From Verrucomicrobiia bacterium (GTDB lineage: Bacteria > Verrucomicrobiota > Verrucomicrobiia > Limisphaerales > UBA11358), in the NCBI GenBank assembly GCA_036498725.1, contig DASYEY010000200.1:9401-73400 (forward strand): DNA of 64,000 bases, in the 5' to 3' direction. Position numbers and translations under genes: made by a program. The notes beneath the pieces were generated by a model. The model was not told the origin of the DNA. It saw nothing but the letters and a program-made list of their open reading frames with translations, and did not search any database. How positions within the stretch are numbered: position 1 is the stretch's first letter; every line of letters begins with the position of its first letter. Below, piece after piece: positions 27,595-37,248 of the stretch.

Positions 27595-30057
27595 TCATGG
27601 CTGAGTGATTTTAACTCGCAAGAAGCGACTGGCTTTCAGGCCAGCCAGGTCGCGGAGGGTGACACTTTCGTTCGGGAAACCGGTGCGTGAAATTTCCTGG
27701 ACCTGGGCGGTCAAAACAGTGTTGGAACCGGCATAGCTGGCGATTTCTGACCAATTGATCAAATTAGTGGAGGCTTGAACGTGATACGTCACGCCGCTTT
27801 CCGCCGGGCGATGGTTGAAGGTGATCTGGAAATAATGGGTGCTTCCGCTGGCAATTAGATTCGGCAAGGTCATCGTGTTCGTTTTCCAATATTGCAATAG
27901 TTGCACGAGGGCGATCGGTGAATTGGTTGGTACCGGACCATTGGCTTGGGTGATTTCGTTGATGCCATGGCAACTGGTACAGGTACGGATTTCGCCGGGG
28001 GCAAACGTCAGCCAATAACGTTCGCGAACGATCCCCACGCCATTGGTATCAGTCAATTGCCAGGTCATCGCCCGCCGGGCTGGAACAATGGCGGCCTGCG
28101 AACCATCGGCTGCCAATCGTACGCTGGCGAGCGGTGTTCCTTTGGCCGCCGGATTATCCACGGCCGGATCATGCAGGTATTGGGCAATCACCCGCCGACC
28201 TTCGCCGGGTTCATTGGTGTCGCCGTAATTCAGGCTGCGCAATTGATCGGCTTGAAAGAGTTGCAACCACGCGATGTCGTAAATTTTTCCTGACTTGCCA
28301 ATCGTTTCATGCCCCGTACCGGCAATGCGTAAATTGAAAGGCTGTTGAAAGTCGGCGTGGTCGCGCGTCGTAACATCGCGGCTGACGATGAGTGCCAAAT
28401 TGTGGGTGCGCAGATAATTTTGAAACGCGCCAATATCCACACCCGCTGTGGCAAAAGCGGCTTTTTCTGGCATATCAATGGGAACGGAAAAAGGCACCGG
28501 GCGGGGGCGGGCGATGACTTCGACGGGGTCAAATTCCCATAGCCGATTCGTCACTAAATTGAGCAAGTAACTGTTGGGATCGAAATAACTGGCGTTATTG
28601 GTCAGTCCAGAGGTGAGAAAAGTACCTGGCACATAATAACCGTTGGTGAATTGGAGAAACTTCAACCGAAAGTCATAGCTGGTCGTGGGATAATTTGTCT
28701 CGGGGAAATTCACCGTATCTCCATCCATTTCCGCCTGGGTGTTCGTCGTATGTGAGGCCAAAAAATAGCCGTCGGAAGTCATCAAGGGATTGCGGTAAAG
28801 TCCGGTGTGATCTGGCGGCACTTCGTCCGGTGAATCGGCGTAGGAGTGCGTTGAACGCGGGGTAAGATAATTGATGCGCATGTAAAACGCATTCAAGTTG
28901 GTGTTGCCAGTGAGCGAAACGATCTGTCCGGCACCATGTGTCGCAAATTCCGGGGCGTCAATGCCGTAGAATAATCCTTGAACTTTGGGGTCTTCGCGCA
29001 CTTCCAGAAAATTTTCAATCGTGTTCGTATTATAGTGGTCACCGAAGTAATAAAGCGCGTCCAGATTAGGATCATTGGTGAAAGATACTGAAGCGTAACT
29101 GCCGCCGATCTCATGGCGACCGATGTGATTTACCGTTTCTTCATCGGTGCCGTCCTGGTTGATCGCCCACGGAAAAAATTGATTAAATGAATTGCCGAGC
29201 AGGTCGGTGCCGGCCAACAGATCGGTGCGTACATCGCGCGGTTCGGGGTAAACTTCGGTGACGTCCCGGGTCGGGACAGAATTGGAAGATTCATCGCTCC
29301 AATTGAAAGGACCATAAACCACCTTGCCTTCTTCCCAATCCGTGTCTGCCTGCTGATCGCGTTGCAAATGATCCCAACGCACAAAAATAATTCTCCCGGC
29401 GCTGTCAACCAAAGGTGAAAACGCACCGCTCGGCGTATGGTTGACCATGAACAGATCGCCATTCGTCGGCTGCAAGCTCCAGATACCGGTCACCGTGGCA
29501 AGTTCTTCGTATTCGTCTAATTGCGGGTAGAGCTGGCGTTCACCATTGCGCGGCCGGTCGCTGGTGAAAATGATCCGGTCGTCCGAACCGTAAACCGGCG
29601 CGATATTGTTAAAGTTTGTTGGTTGATTCGAGACTTTCGTGATGACAGGAATGGAGTTGGGATTGGTGAAATTGGTAATTTCGTAAAGTTGCCAATAATG
29701 GTCGGTGGCGTCATTGATGTCCTTGGGCGTGCCGATCACCATGCTGAATACCGCCTTTTTCCCATCCCAATACATGCTGGGCTGCCGCACGGCGATGCCG
29801 TTCGGTTCCTGCGCGCCCCATTGGCCGTAACCGGCGGCGCGGGTCAAATTTTTGACGCTGCCATCAGGATATCGGATATACAGATCGCCCCCGCGTCCAC
29901 AGGATTCGGTGGTGCCGCGTTGATTGCCAAAAGTTGAGGCGATTGTCCCAAAATCAGCCGGAACGGGTACTTGGGTGACAAAAAGAATGGAGTTGGTTGG
30001 ACCCGCGAATCCGCTGAAGGCCGCGAATAGCAGCCCAAGTCGTACGAGAAACTTCAT
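27595..30057 (-). CDS. 820-aa secreted protein with TolB/PD40-like propeller signatures, a single C-terminal CxxCH, and the FYRV-type C-terminal module. It may be HzsA-related (tentative).
   Basis: Signal peptide: MKFLVRLGLLFAAFSGFA. It carries DDRIIFTSDRPRNGE and GRIIFVRWDHLQRD. The motif PGEIRTCTSCHGINE places its CxxCH at 27967..27981 on the minus strand. C-terminus: HYFQITFNHRPAESGVTYHVQASTNLINWSEI...SRFLRVKITQP. Confidence 0.65.
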   Translation of the reverse strand: MKFLVRLGLLFAAFSGFAGPTNSILFVTQVPVPADFGTIASTFGNQRGTTESCGRGGDLYIRYPDGSVKNLTRAAGYGQWGAQEPNGIAVRQPSMYWDGKKAVFSMVIGTPKDINDATDHYWQLYEITNFTNPNSIPVITKVSNQPTNFNNIAPVYGSDDRIIFTSDRPRNGERQLYPQLDEYEELATVTGIWSLQPTNGDLFMVNHTPSGAFSPLVDSAGRIIFVRWDHLQRDQQADTDWEEGKVVYGPFNWSDESSNSVPTRDVTEVYPEPRDVRTDLLAGTDLLGNSFNQFFPWAINQDGTDEETVNHIGRHEIGGSYASVSFTNDPNLDALYYFGDHYNTNTIENFLEVREDPKVQGLFYGIDAPEFATHGAGQIVSLTGNTNLNAFYMRINYLTPRSTHSYADSPDEVPPDHTGLYRNPLMTSDGYFLASHTTNTQAEMDGDTVNFPETNYPTTSYDFRLKFLQFTNGYYVPGTFLTSGLTNNASYFDPNSYLLNLVTNRLWEFDPVEVIARPRPVPFSVPIDMPEKAAFATAGVDIGAFQNYLRTHNLALIVSRDVTTRDHADFQQPFNLRIAGTGHETIGKSGKIYDIAWLQLFQADQLRSLNYGDTNEPGEGRRVIAQYLHDPAVDNPAAKGTPLASVRLAADGSQAAIVPARRAMTWQLTDTNGVGIVRERYWLTFAPGEIRTCTSCHGINEITQANGPVPTNSPIALVQLLQYWKTNTMTLPNLIASGSTHYFQITFNHRPAESGVTYHVQASTNLINWSEIASYAGSNTVLTAQVQEISRTGFPNESVTLRDLAGLKASRFLRVKITQP

Positions 30058-30135
30058 GATTTTCTTTAATCAAGCACTTGCCATGCCGCAAAACAGAATG
30101 TTTCCGGCATTGCGCGTGATCCGAAAACAATCAAA

Positions 30136-33100
30136 TCAGGGGGTCGTCGTCGCACTCACCCGATAAAATCTGGCCGCATTGGTCGCTGCCGGATCGCTTA
30201 TTTGAATGGTCCCACCTGGGCTATAATAGATATTTTGCAACATTTGCCAGGCCACAGGCGACTCGAGGTTGGTTGTGAATTGAATGAAGTAATTGGCATT
30301 CGTTTGGGCGATAAATTGGAATTGGAATTGGTTTGTCATCCACGTCATTGACTGTATTTGCGGCACCTTTAAGGGTTCCACATGCATGACGATGTCGCTG
30401 GAAACCCCGCTGGGATTGTCATTGTTATAAACCGTGAAGCTAACGGTATAATCACCTGAATTTGTCCAAGTATGCCAAGCCCCGCTATTGGTGGCCGTAG
30501 TCCCATCATCAAATGTCAAAACCGTACTCGCTGCCCGTCCGCTATAAAATCCGTAAAAATAGACCGAACGATTCACCAGCGCGTGATCTTGATAAGAAAT
30601 GCTGTCGATTGATAGCGGGCCGATGAGATTGGCCGCAATGACTTCATCACACCCCATTGAAGGCGGGTTCGTCCAAATTTCACCGTCGATATCGGTGCCA
30701 TTGGCATAAAGTCCATTGCCGGCGCCTCGACAAGGCGAAGCGATGCTGAGATGGAACAAATCCAAGATTTGCGGATCTACATTTATATTATTTGCGCCAG
30801 ATAAACCTAAAGTCGGTGAGGTGCAGGAAGAGTAATATTTATCTGTTCCAACCAACCCCATAATTGGGTCGTGATTATCTAGCTGATTAATTGGCGGCTG
30901 TGCATGGTTATTCACCACAATACTATTTCTAACAGTACTTCCGTAGGTTCCGGCTCCGCTGTGAGTTTGGAGTGTCAAATTATATTCCACAGTACAATTA
31001 TTTAGCAACGTTTCGAAAGCGCCTCCGCCCATTTGCGTTGCCCAATTATCAACCACCACAGAATTATTCAATGTTCCATAGATGATTCCTCCACCGTAAA
31101 TCGCACTGTTATTGGAAAGCATGCAATTAGCAGCAATTCCATTGAAGGCCGGATTGGGATTACAAAAAATGGCACCGCCGCTTTCCAAGGGGCCGGCAGT
31201 AGAAATATCGCCGGTCGCGCGGGTCGCGCCATCCTGTAAAGTGAAACCTGTTAACATGGCGCCATTCGCCAGCAGGTACGCACAACGCACGGCGCCCGGT
31301 CCATTTGTCATGATGGGATCCCAAGCACCTTGAATGATGGTTTTTGACCAGCCATTGACACTAATCACGGTGATGGCTTTATCCAAAACAACGCGATTGG
31401 TCAGATTGCCATCCACGATTTTCCCGCCCGTCGCATAAATACCGTTAGTCACCAATACGATATCTCCGGACGATGCAGTATTGATCGCATCTTGAATGTT
31501 GGTTGCAGCCGTCGTCCAAGTGGCGTAAGGGACAGTCGGATTTGGGCTGGCTAAATTCACGACATGGATGGCCACCTGCGTCACCACACTGGTCGCAATG
31601 CCAAAAGCATTGCTTACCACAACTTGATAGAGTCCGGCATCTTCCGGGCCAAAATTATTTACGATCAGGGCAGAGGTGCTGGAATGATCGTGGTGCCCAT
31701 CATCCTGCATTGGTATGCCATCTTTGTTCCAGAAATAAGTCAACGGGGTCTGCCCGGCGGCGATGACATTGAAAGTTAATCCATGTGCCGGTGAATCAAT
31801 CTGAAAGCCGGGTTGGAAGCCGATAACAGGAATGGAGTGCCATTCATCACAACCGATGGCGGGTGGGTTGTTCCAAGGTTGGCCATCAATATCCACACCG
31901 GAAACCACGTTGCTAAGGCCGGCGCCAATGCACGGGGAAGTGGCTGACAAATGAAGATTGTCACCGATGAGTTGCGGATTTAGCCCGATGTTTCCAATTC
32001 CTGACGGCAACGGATCAGCACAACAGTAGGCCATTGTGCAATTAGCATAGTTAGTGTTTGGATAAAGAGATAATTGGGAAAAATTGCCAAAAACGATGCA
32101 GTTGGTCAGTTTTGCCCCATAAACGGCTGCCCCATAGCCTGTACTGGAGCTGAATGAAGTATTGGCGGTCAGGGTACAATTAATTAGAGTTCCACCGTTT
32201 GCTCCGCTGCCATAACTGAATGAGGAATTTTGTCCCACGAAACAATTTTTTAAGTTACATTGATCTGCCCCTCCGCCAGTGAATCCACCGGTATTTGCAA
32301 CAGTGCCATAGCCGGCAGTATTGGTAGTGATGATGCAATCATTCAAATTACAGCTTGCTGCACCGCCACCTGTACCACTGGCTCCCACAGCCCAATTGCC
32401 AGTTATCAGGCAATTGTTCAGGGTCACATTGTATGCGCCGCCCCCGCTGGTTGCCGCAAAATTTTGGGCAATCGTGCAACCGTAAACCGTTGCATTATTT
32501 GAACTTCCCAAGACGCCCCCGCCTTTCATGGATGAGTTGGGCGAGCCGGTGGCTGTGCGCGTGGCACCGCCATAAAGAGTGAATCCACTTATAATGGCGT
32601 TGTTTGTCATCCAAACGCAGCGGATGGCTCCCGGCCCATTGGTGGAAGTCGAATCCAAAGCCCCTTGAATGATTGTGGCATTCGCGCCATTGACGCTTTG
32701 CACCAAAATTGCCTTATCAATGGAAACCCGGTTGGTGATGATACTATCCATGGATTTACCACCGCTATTATAAAGGCCATTGGTCACTAAAACGATGTCG
32801 TTGACCGCCGAGGCCGCGATGGCATCCTGGATGTTAGTCGCAGCTGTGCTCCAATTTAAATAAGGGGAAAGCGGATTGGCGCCGGCGGCACCTACGCAAT
32901 GTACGACCACTTTCACAGTCGAACTCAAGACCGTACCCAAAGCATTGCTGACCATCACTTGATAAATACCAGCATCAGCCAGTTTGGCGCCGATTGCCGT
33001 TAAAGTTGCCGTTTGCGTGGAACTGAAATGTCCGTCGTCTTGCAATAGCACACCGTCCTTAAACCAGAAAAAGCTGCAAGATAATGAGCTTTGCAGGGGG

Positions 33101-34095
33101 AAATTTCCAATGGTAAAACCGGCAGGATTACCCGTCAGGTTGAACTGGGGCACGCCAATAAGCAGTGCTGCCGACCACTCGGCGCAACCAACCGAAGGAG
33201 GATTCGACCACGTTGCACCAAAAAGATCTGTCCCGGTTCCAATATTGACACCTGTTCCGATACACGGCGAATTACTGGAAAGATGTATGCCATCTGCGAA
33301 TAATTGTGGTGGACTGGTAAAATTGCCTGTGCCGACAATTGCCGGCGTAGTGCAACAGTGGGAAAAAGAACCGCCGATGAGCTAATAATTACCGTAGGAA
33401 CCACCGTTAAAATAAAGGATGGAATTCGTCATGGCCACCGGATAGATGGCACCTACGGCTATATTACTTACAATGGTGCAATTATTGAGCACTGATTGAT
33501 AAGTTGCCCCGCCAAATGGAGTTGGAGTCCCGTTACTGACAATAAGGCAGGCATTAGCCGTTCCCTGATAAATGCCGCCACCATACTGGCCAGCAACATT
33601 CGATGCGATCAGGCAGTTGCTGACCAAAGCATTGGAAGAGGCGCACCAAGCTCCACCGCCAGCCTCTAAACTGAAGGCATCTCCGGAACTCCGCGTTGCT
33701 CCGCCCATCAAAGTGAATCCAATCAAAGCAGCTTTATTAGTCAACCACGCGCAACGGATAGCGGTATTTCCGTTGGTGGCGCCGATTCCTAAAATACTGG
33801 TCATTTGCGGGCCGTTGACGCTTTGCACAATCACTGGCTTGGTCAAAGCCACGCGGTTGGTCAAATCTCCCGCCATAACTTTTCCGCCAGATTGATAAAC
33901 CCCGTTGGTCACCAAAATTTGATCACCATTTGTGGCCACATCAATCGCATCCTGGATGTTGGTGGCGGCAGTATCCCATGTCTGAAAAGGCGGCAGGGGA
34001 GTCGGATTGCCGAGATTGACATAAAGAACCGAGGCCGAAGCCAATGCTGTGGCCAGTTTGAGGCAGAACAACGTGAAAATGATTTTGACCTTCAT
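30136..34095 (-). pseudogene. Parallel beta-helix protein of about 1319 codons with three (cap + beta-helix + Ig-like) modules, interrupted by one in-frame TAG at 33382..33384. The ORF track splits it into 33382..34095 (237 aa) and 30136..33153 (1005 aa).
   Basis: The two ORFs are in the same frame (33384-33153 = 231 = 77 x 3). My translation across the gap has no other stop: ...GGSYGNY*LIGGSFSHCCTTPAIVGTGNFTSPPQLFADGIHLSSNSPCIGTGVNIGTGTDLFGATWSNPPSVGCAEWSAALLIGVPQFNLTG.... This is colinear with the intact module ends ...YCCADPLPSGIGNIGLNPQLIGDNLHLSATSPCIGAG...DIDGQPWNNPPAIGCDEW. Only the 237-aa piece has a signal peptide. The 1005-aa piece begins at a GTG in the linker just upstream of its first Ig-like domain. 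Confidence 0.7.
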
Positions 34096-34257
34096 AACTT
34101 GAATTGAAGAAACGTATTAAGACATGCCGAATAATTTTAATAATTTTGACGGTTTTCTGGGTGTAAAACCAGTCATTTTCTGGCTCGGTTCGTGGCCGGT
34201 TTTTAAACTCATAATCGCAGGGTCGAAATCAACGGGGAGTGCGTGTCAAAGATTGCC

Positions 34258-34827
34258 TTACCTCTTGCCAAGAACCAGTTTGCTTTCGGCCGTGGCCAAA
34301 GCCCGCCACGTTCCTGCTGGTAAATCGCCCAGCCAAAAATTGCCGATGCGCACGCGCATCAAGCGCAGGGTTGGATGCCCGATGGCCGCCGTCATGCGCC
34401 GCACTTGCCGGTTTTTGCCTTCCACCAATTCCAAGCCGATCCAGCAATCAGGAACGCTCTTGCGCACCCGAATGGGGGGAGTCCGCGGGGCAATTTCCGG
34501 TTGCGGCTCCAATAGCCACGCCTGGCACGGCAACGTTTTGTGGTCTTGGATCACTATTCCACGTTGCATTTTATCCAAGACATCGCGCGTGGGAATGCGC
34601 TCGACTTGGGCCCAATATTCGCGTTCGTGAGCGTGGCGCGGATTCAGCAATTTATCGTTCCAGAACGCTTCATCACTCAGTAGCAATAAACCTTCAGAAT
34701 CAGCATCAAGCCGGCCAATGGCATAGACATTTTTCGGAAACCCGAATTCCGCGAGTGGACGGTTGGGCGAACCATCACTCGTGAATTGCGATAGCACTCC
34801 GTAAGGTTTATTAAAAGCGATGAGCAC
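34258..34827 (-). CDS. rluE: RsuA/RluE-family rRNA pseudouridine synthase
   Basis: It carries MLIAFNKPYGVLSQF... and the catalytic-Asp motif AIGRLDADSEGLLLLSDE. At 189 aa it has no S4 domain, as in RluE. Confidence 0.75.
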   Translation of the reverse strand: MLIAFNKPYGVLSQFTSDGSPNRPLAEFGFPKNVYAIGRLDADSEGLLLLSDEAFWNDKLLNPRHAHEREYWAQVERIPTRDVLDKMQRGIVIQDHKTLPCQAWLLEPQPEIAPRTPPIRVRKSVPDCWIGLELVEGKNRQVRRMTAAIGHPTLRLMRVRIGNFWLGDLPAGTWRALATAESKLVLGKR

Positions 34828-34833
34828 GATGAT

Positions 34834-35580
34834 TCAGGCGGCCGGCTTTTGGACGATGAAATAATCGTTAAAATAACGCGCGCCCCATTCGCCATGGCCG
34901 CAGTTCTCAAAATGTTTTAACTCGCCGCCTGCCGCTGTGATCAGGCGTCGCACTTGGTCCGTCGGCACGCCGTAAAGCGGGATGAACGGTTGACCGTGAC
35001 TGCGTTGTTTGCGGATGAAGTCAGCCACAGAATGCGGGATGAATTTTCGCCAGCCGCGGGCATGGACGGTTTGAAAATAAGCCACGCCTCCTGGCTTGAG
35101 CAGACGTAGAAAATCACGGATATATTTTTCCTGAAAATTGGGCGGGATATGTTGCAGCACAATCAACGAACAGATGAAATCATAGCTGGCCGCAGGAAAG
35201 CCGGCGAGATCATCGCGTGAATTGACGTGATAGGTCACCCGGTCGGAAAATTGATTGAATTCCTTGGCCTGCCGGATCATTGAAGCGGAAATATCCACGC
35301 CATCCACCAAAGCAAAACGCGCAGCCAATGCCTGCGACAGCCGGCCAAGTCCGCAGCCGAAATCCAATACGCGACCGGATAAGGGTGAAACCCCGGCTTG
35401 TTGAAGTTTGGTGAAAACGTCCGCAATCTCACGCTGGCCGGTGGCAAAAAAGTCTTCGCGTTTCCAGCGGTTGCCTTTTTTATCCGGATCGGTCAGAACG
35501 ACCCACATCGCGTCGTGTTCGCCGAGCGCCGTCCAGTTCTTTTGCGTCTCATCAAAATTCACGCCCGTTGCATAGGGCAA
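34834..35580 (-). CDS. Class I SAM-dependent methyltransferase
   Basis: Motif I is RVLDFGCGLGRLSQ and post-I is VDGVDIS. It lies 6 bp upstream of, and co-directional with, the rluE-like gene. Confidence 0.75.
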   Translation of the reverse strand: MPYATGVNFDETQKNWTALGEHDAMWVVLTDPDKKGNRWKREDFFATGQREIADVFTKLQQAGVSPLSGRVLDFGCGLGRLSQALAARFALVDGVDISASMIRQAKEFNQFSDRVTYHVNSRDDLAGFPAASYDFICSLIVLQHIPPNFQEKYIRDFLRLLKPGGVAYFQTVHARGWRKFIPHSVADFIRKQRSHGQPFIPLYGVPTDQVRRLITAAGGELKHFENCGHGEWGARYFNDYFIVQKPAA

Positions 35581-35728
35581 AACGGTGCAACCGTCAAATG
35601 CTTAAGGGCAGGGGAGACCGGCTGGCGGCTGAAGCTAAAATTGTTGGGTAAAAACTTCGATGCCGGTGAATCGTTTGGTTTGGTGCAAAATTTCTTTATC
35701 TTGCCGGCTGGCCGGTTAAATTCCGTGC

Positions 35729-36880
35729 GTGATCCGTAATATCATTTTCGACTGGTCGGGAACTTTGGTGGACGATTTGCCCGCCGTGTTGCAGGCATCC
35801 AACTTTGTGCTGACCCAGGCTGGCAAATCAGCGATGTCGCTGGAACAATTTCGCGCAGAATTTTCCCTGCCCTTCACTAAATTTTACGATCGCCATACGC
35901 CGAAAGTGCCGATGGCGCAACTGGAAGAATGGTTCCATGCGGAATTTAAACGCTCGCAAGGTTCGGTGGTGGAACTGCCGCATGCGCGCGATTTTTTGAA
36001 GTTTTGCCGCGCCAATAAAATTCGCACCTTTCTCCTGAGCACCGTGCATACGGATCATTTCAAAGTGCAATGCGGTGTCACCGGCTTTGATGTTTATCTC
36101 GACCGGCCTTACACCGATGTTTGGGACAAGCGCGAAAAGATCCATGCCATCCTGGAGGAAAATAATCTTAAGCCGGATGAAACGATTTTCATCGGTGACA
36201 TGGAACATGATATCGAAACCGCGCATCATGGCGGCGTCCATTCCTGCGCGGTGCTGACCGGCTATAATACGCTGTCACAATTACAAAATGCCCGGCCGGA
36301 CGTGATCGTTGAACATCTTTCAGAACTGCGCGAGCAGCTCGAAAAAAATAACTTTAGCCTGATGCCCTGGCGGACGGCGCGGGCAAATTCTGACGTCAAA
36401 TTAGCCAAGCCGATTCCGCTCGCCACCGTTGGCGCTTTGATCTTCAACGCCAGGGGCGAGGTGCTGCTGATTCGCACCCATAAATGGTCGCATAAATGGG
36501 GCATTCCCGGCGGGAAGATCAAATGGGGCGAAAGCTCTGAAGCCGCGTTACGCCGTGAAATCATGGAAGAAACGGCCTTGAAAATTTCCAACATCAAATT
36601 TGTGCTGGTACAGGATTGCATCCATTCCAAGGAGTTTTATCACGACGCACATTTTGTTTTGTTAAATTATACCTGCCAGTGTGTGGCGCGAAATCCGGCG
36701 GTGACTTTGAACGACGAAGGCCAGGAATTTCGCTGGCTTAAACCAGAGGATGCCAAAAAATTAAAGTTGAATAAGCCGACCAAAATCCTGCTGGATGCGG
36801 TGATAAAAAATTCGCTGCCAAAACCACGCCGCACCGGCAGTGCCAAAAAGAAATCCTCATCCCGCAAACATCATGGCTAA
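35729..36880 (+). CDS. HAD-superfamily hydrolase fused to a Nudix hydrolase
   Basis: GTG start. HAD motif I is IIFDWSGTLVDD (note D-x-S, not D-x-D), motif II is FLLST and motif IV is IGDMEHDIETA. The Nudix box is GGKIKWGESSEAALRREIMEETAL, in the C-terminal half. The C-terminus is a basic tail. Confidence 0.8.
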   Translation: MIRNIIFDWSGTLVDDLPAVLQASNFVLTQAGKSAMSLEQFRAEFSLPFTKFYDRHTPKVPMAQLEEWFHAEFKRSQGSVVELPHARDFLKFCRANKIRTFLLSTVHTDHFKVQCGVTGFDVYLDRPYTDVWDKREKIHAILEENNLKPDETIFIGDMEHDIETAHHGGVHSCAVLTGYNTLSQLQNARPDVIVEHLSELREQLEKNNFSLMPWRTARANSDVKLAKPIPLATVGALIFNARGEVLLIRTHKWSHKWGIPGGKIKWGESSEAALRREIMEETALKISNIKFVLVQDCIHSKEFYHDAHFVLLNYTCQCVARNPAVTLNDEGQEFRWLKPEDAKKLKLNKPTKILLDAVIKNSLPKPRRTGSAKKKSSSRKHHG

Positions 36881-37223
36881 AATTTCCCTGGTTGATCTGG
36901 AAGTGTTTTATCGGGTTGGCGTTCCGGATGAAGAGCGCGCACACCCGCAACGCCTGCTCTTGACGGTGGAAATCGAATCCGATTTCACCGCGGCGGCGAA
37001 AACCGATTCCATTGCGGACACGATTAATTATTTCGCCGTCACCCAGCGGCTTTTGAAATTTGGCGAAGGCAAGAGCTGGAAATTGATCGAAAAACTGGCG
37101 ACCGATATCGTTGATTTAATTTTGACTGAATTCAAACCCCAAGCCGTTTCGGTGGAAGTTAAAAAATTCATCATCCCGCAGGCCAAGCACGTTTCGGTAA
37201 AAATTGAAAAGGCGGCAACTTAG
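36873..37223 (+). CDS. folB: Dihydroneopterin aldolase
   Basis: Taken from ATG 36873 (MAKISLVDLEVFYRVGVPDEERAHPQRLLLTVEIE...DTINYFAV...WKLIEKLATDI...VEVKKF). It overlaps the last 8 nt of the HAD-Nudix gene (ATGGCTAA). Confidence 0.85.
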   Translation: MAKISLVDLEVFYRVGVPDEERAHPQRLLLTVEIESDFTAAAKTDSIADTINYFAVTQRLLKFGEGKSWKLIEKLATDIVDLILTEFKPQAVSVEVKKFIIPQAKHVSVKIEKAAT

Positions 37224-37248
37224 AGCGCTCGACTTTTGAAAACACGCC

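Noticed and set aside
24260-34095. A visibly more AT-rich stretch covering the beta-helix genes, which might be read as a horizontally acquired island.
   Set aside because: I did not compute composition. The shift coincides exactly with coding sequence extremely rich in Asn, Ser, Thr, Ile, Tyr and Gly, which alone lowers GC. There are no integrase, tRNA or direct-repeat boundaries. The proteins carry the same C-terminal module as genes elsewhere in the window.
34124-34784. Plus-strand ORFs 34124..34630 and 34239..34784.
   Set aside because: They are antisense to the well-supported rluE-like gene. The translations are Arg/Pro/Ser-rich and show no motifs.
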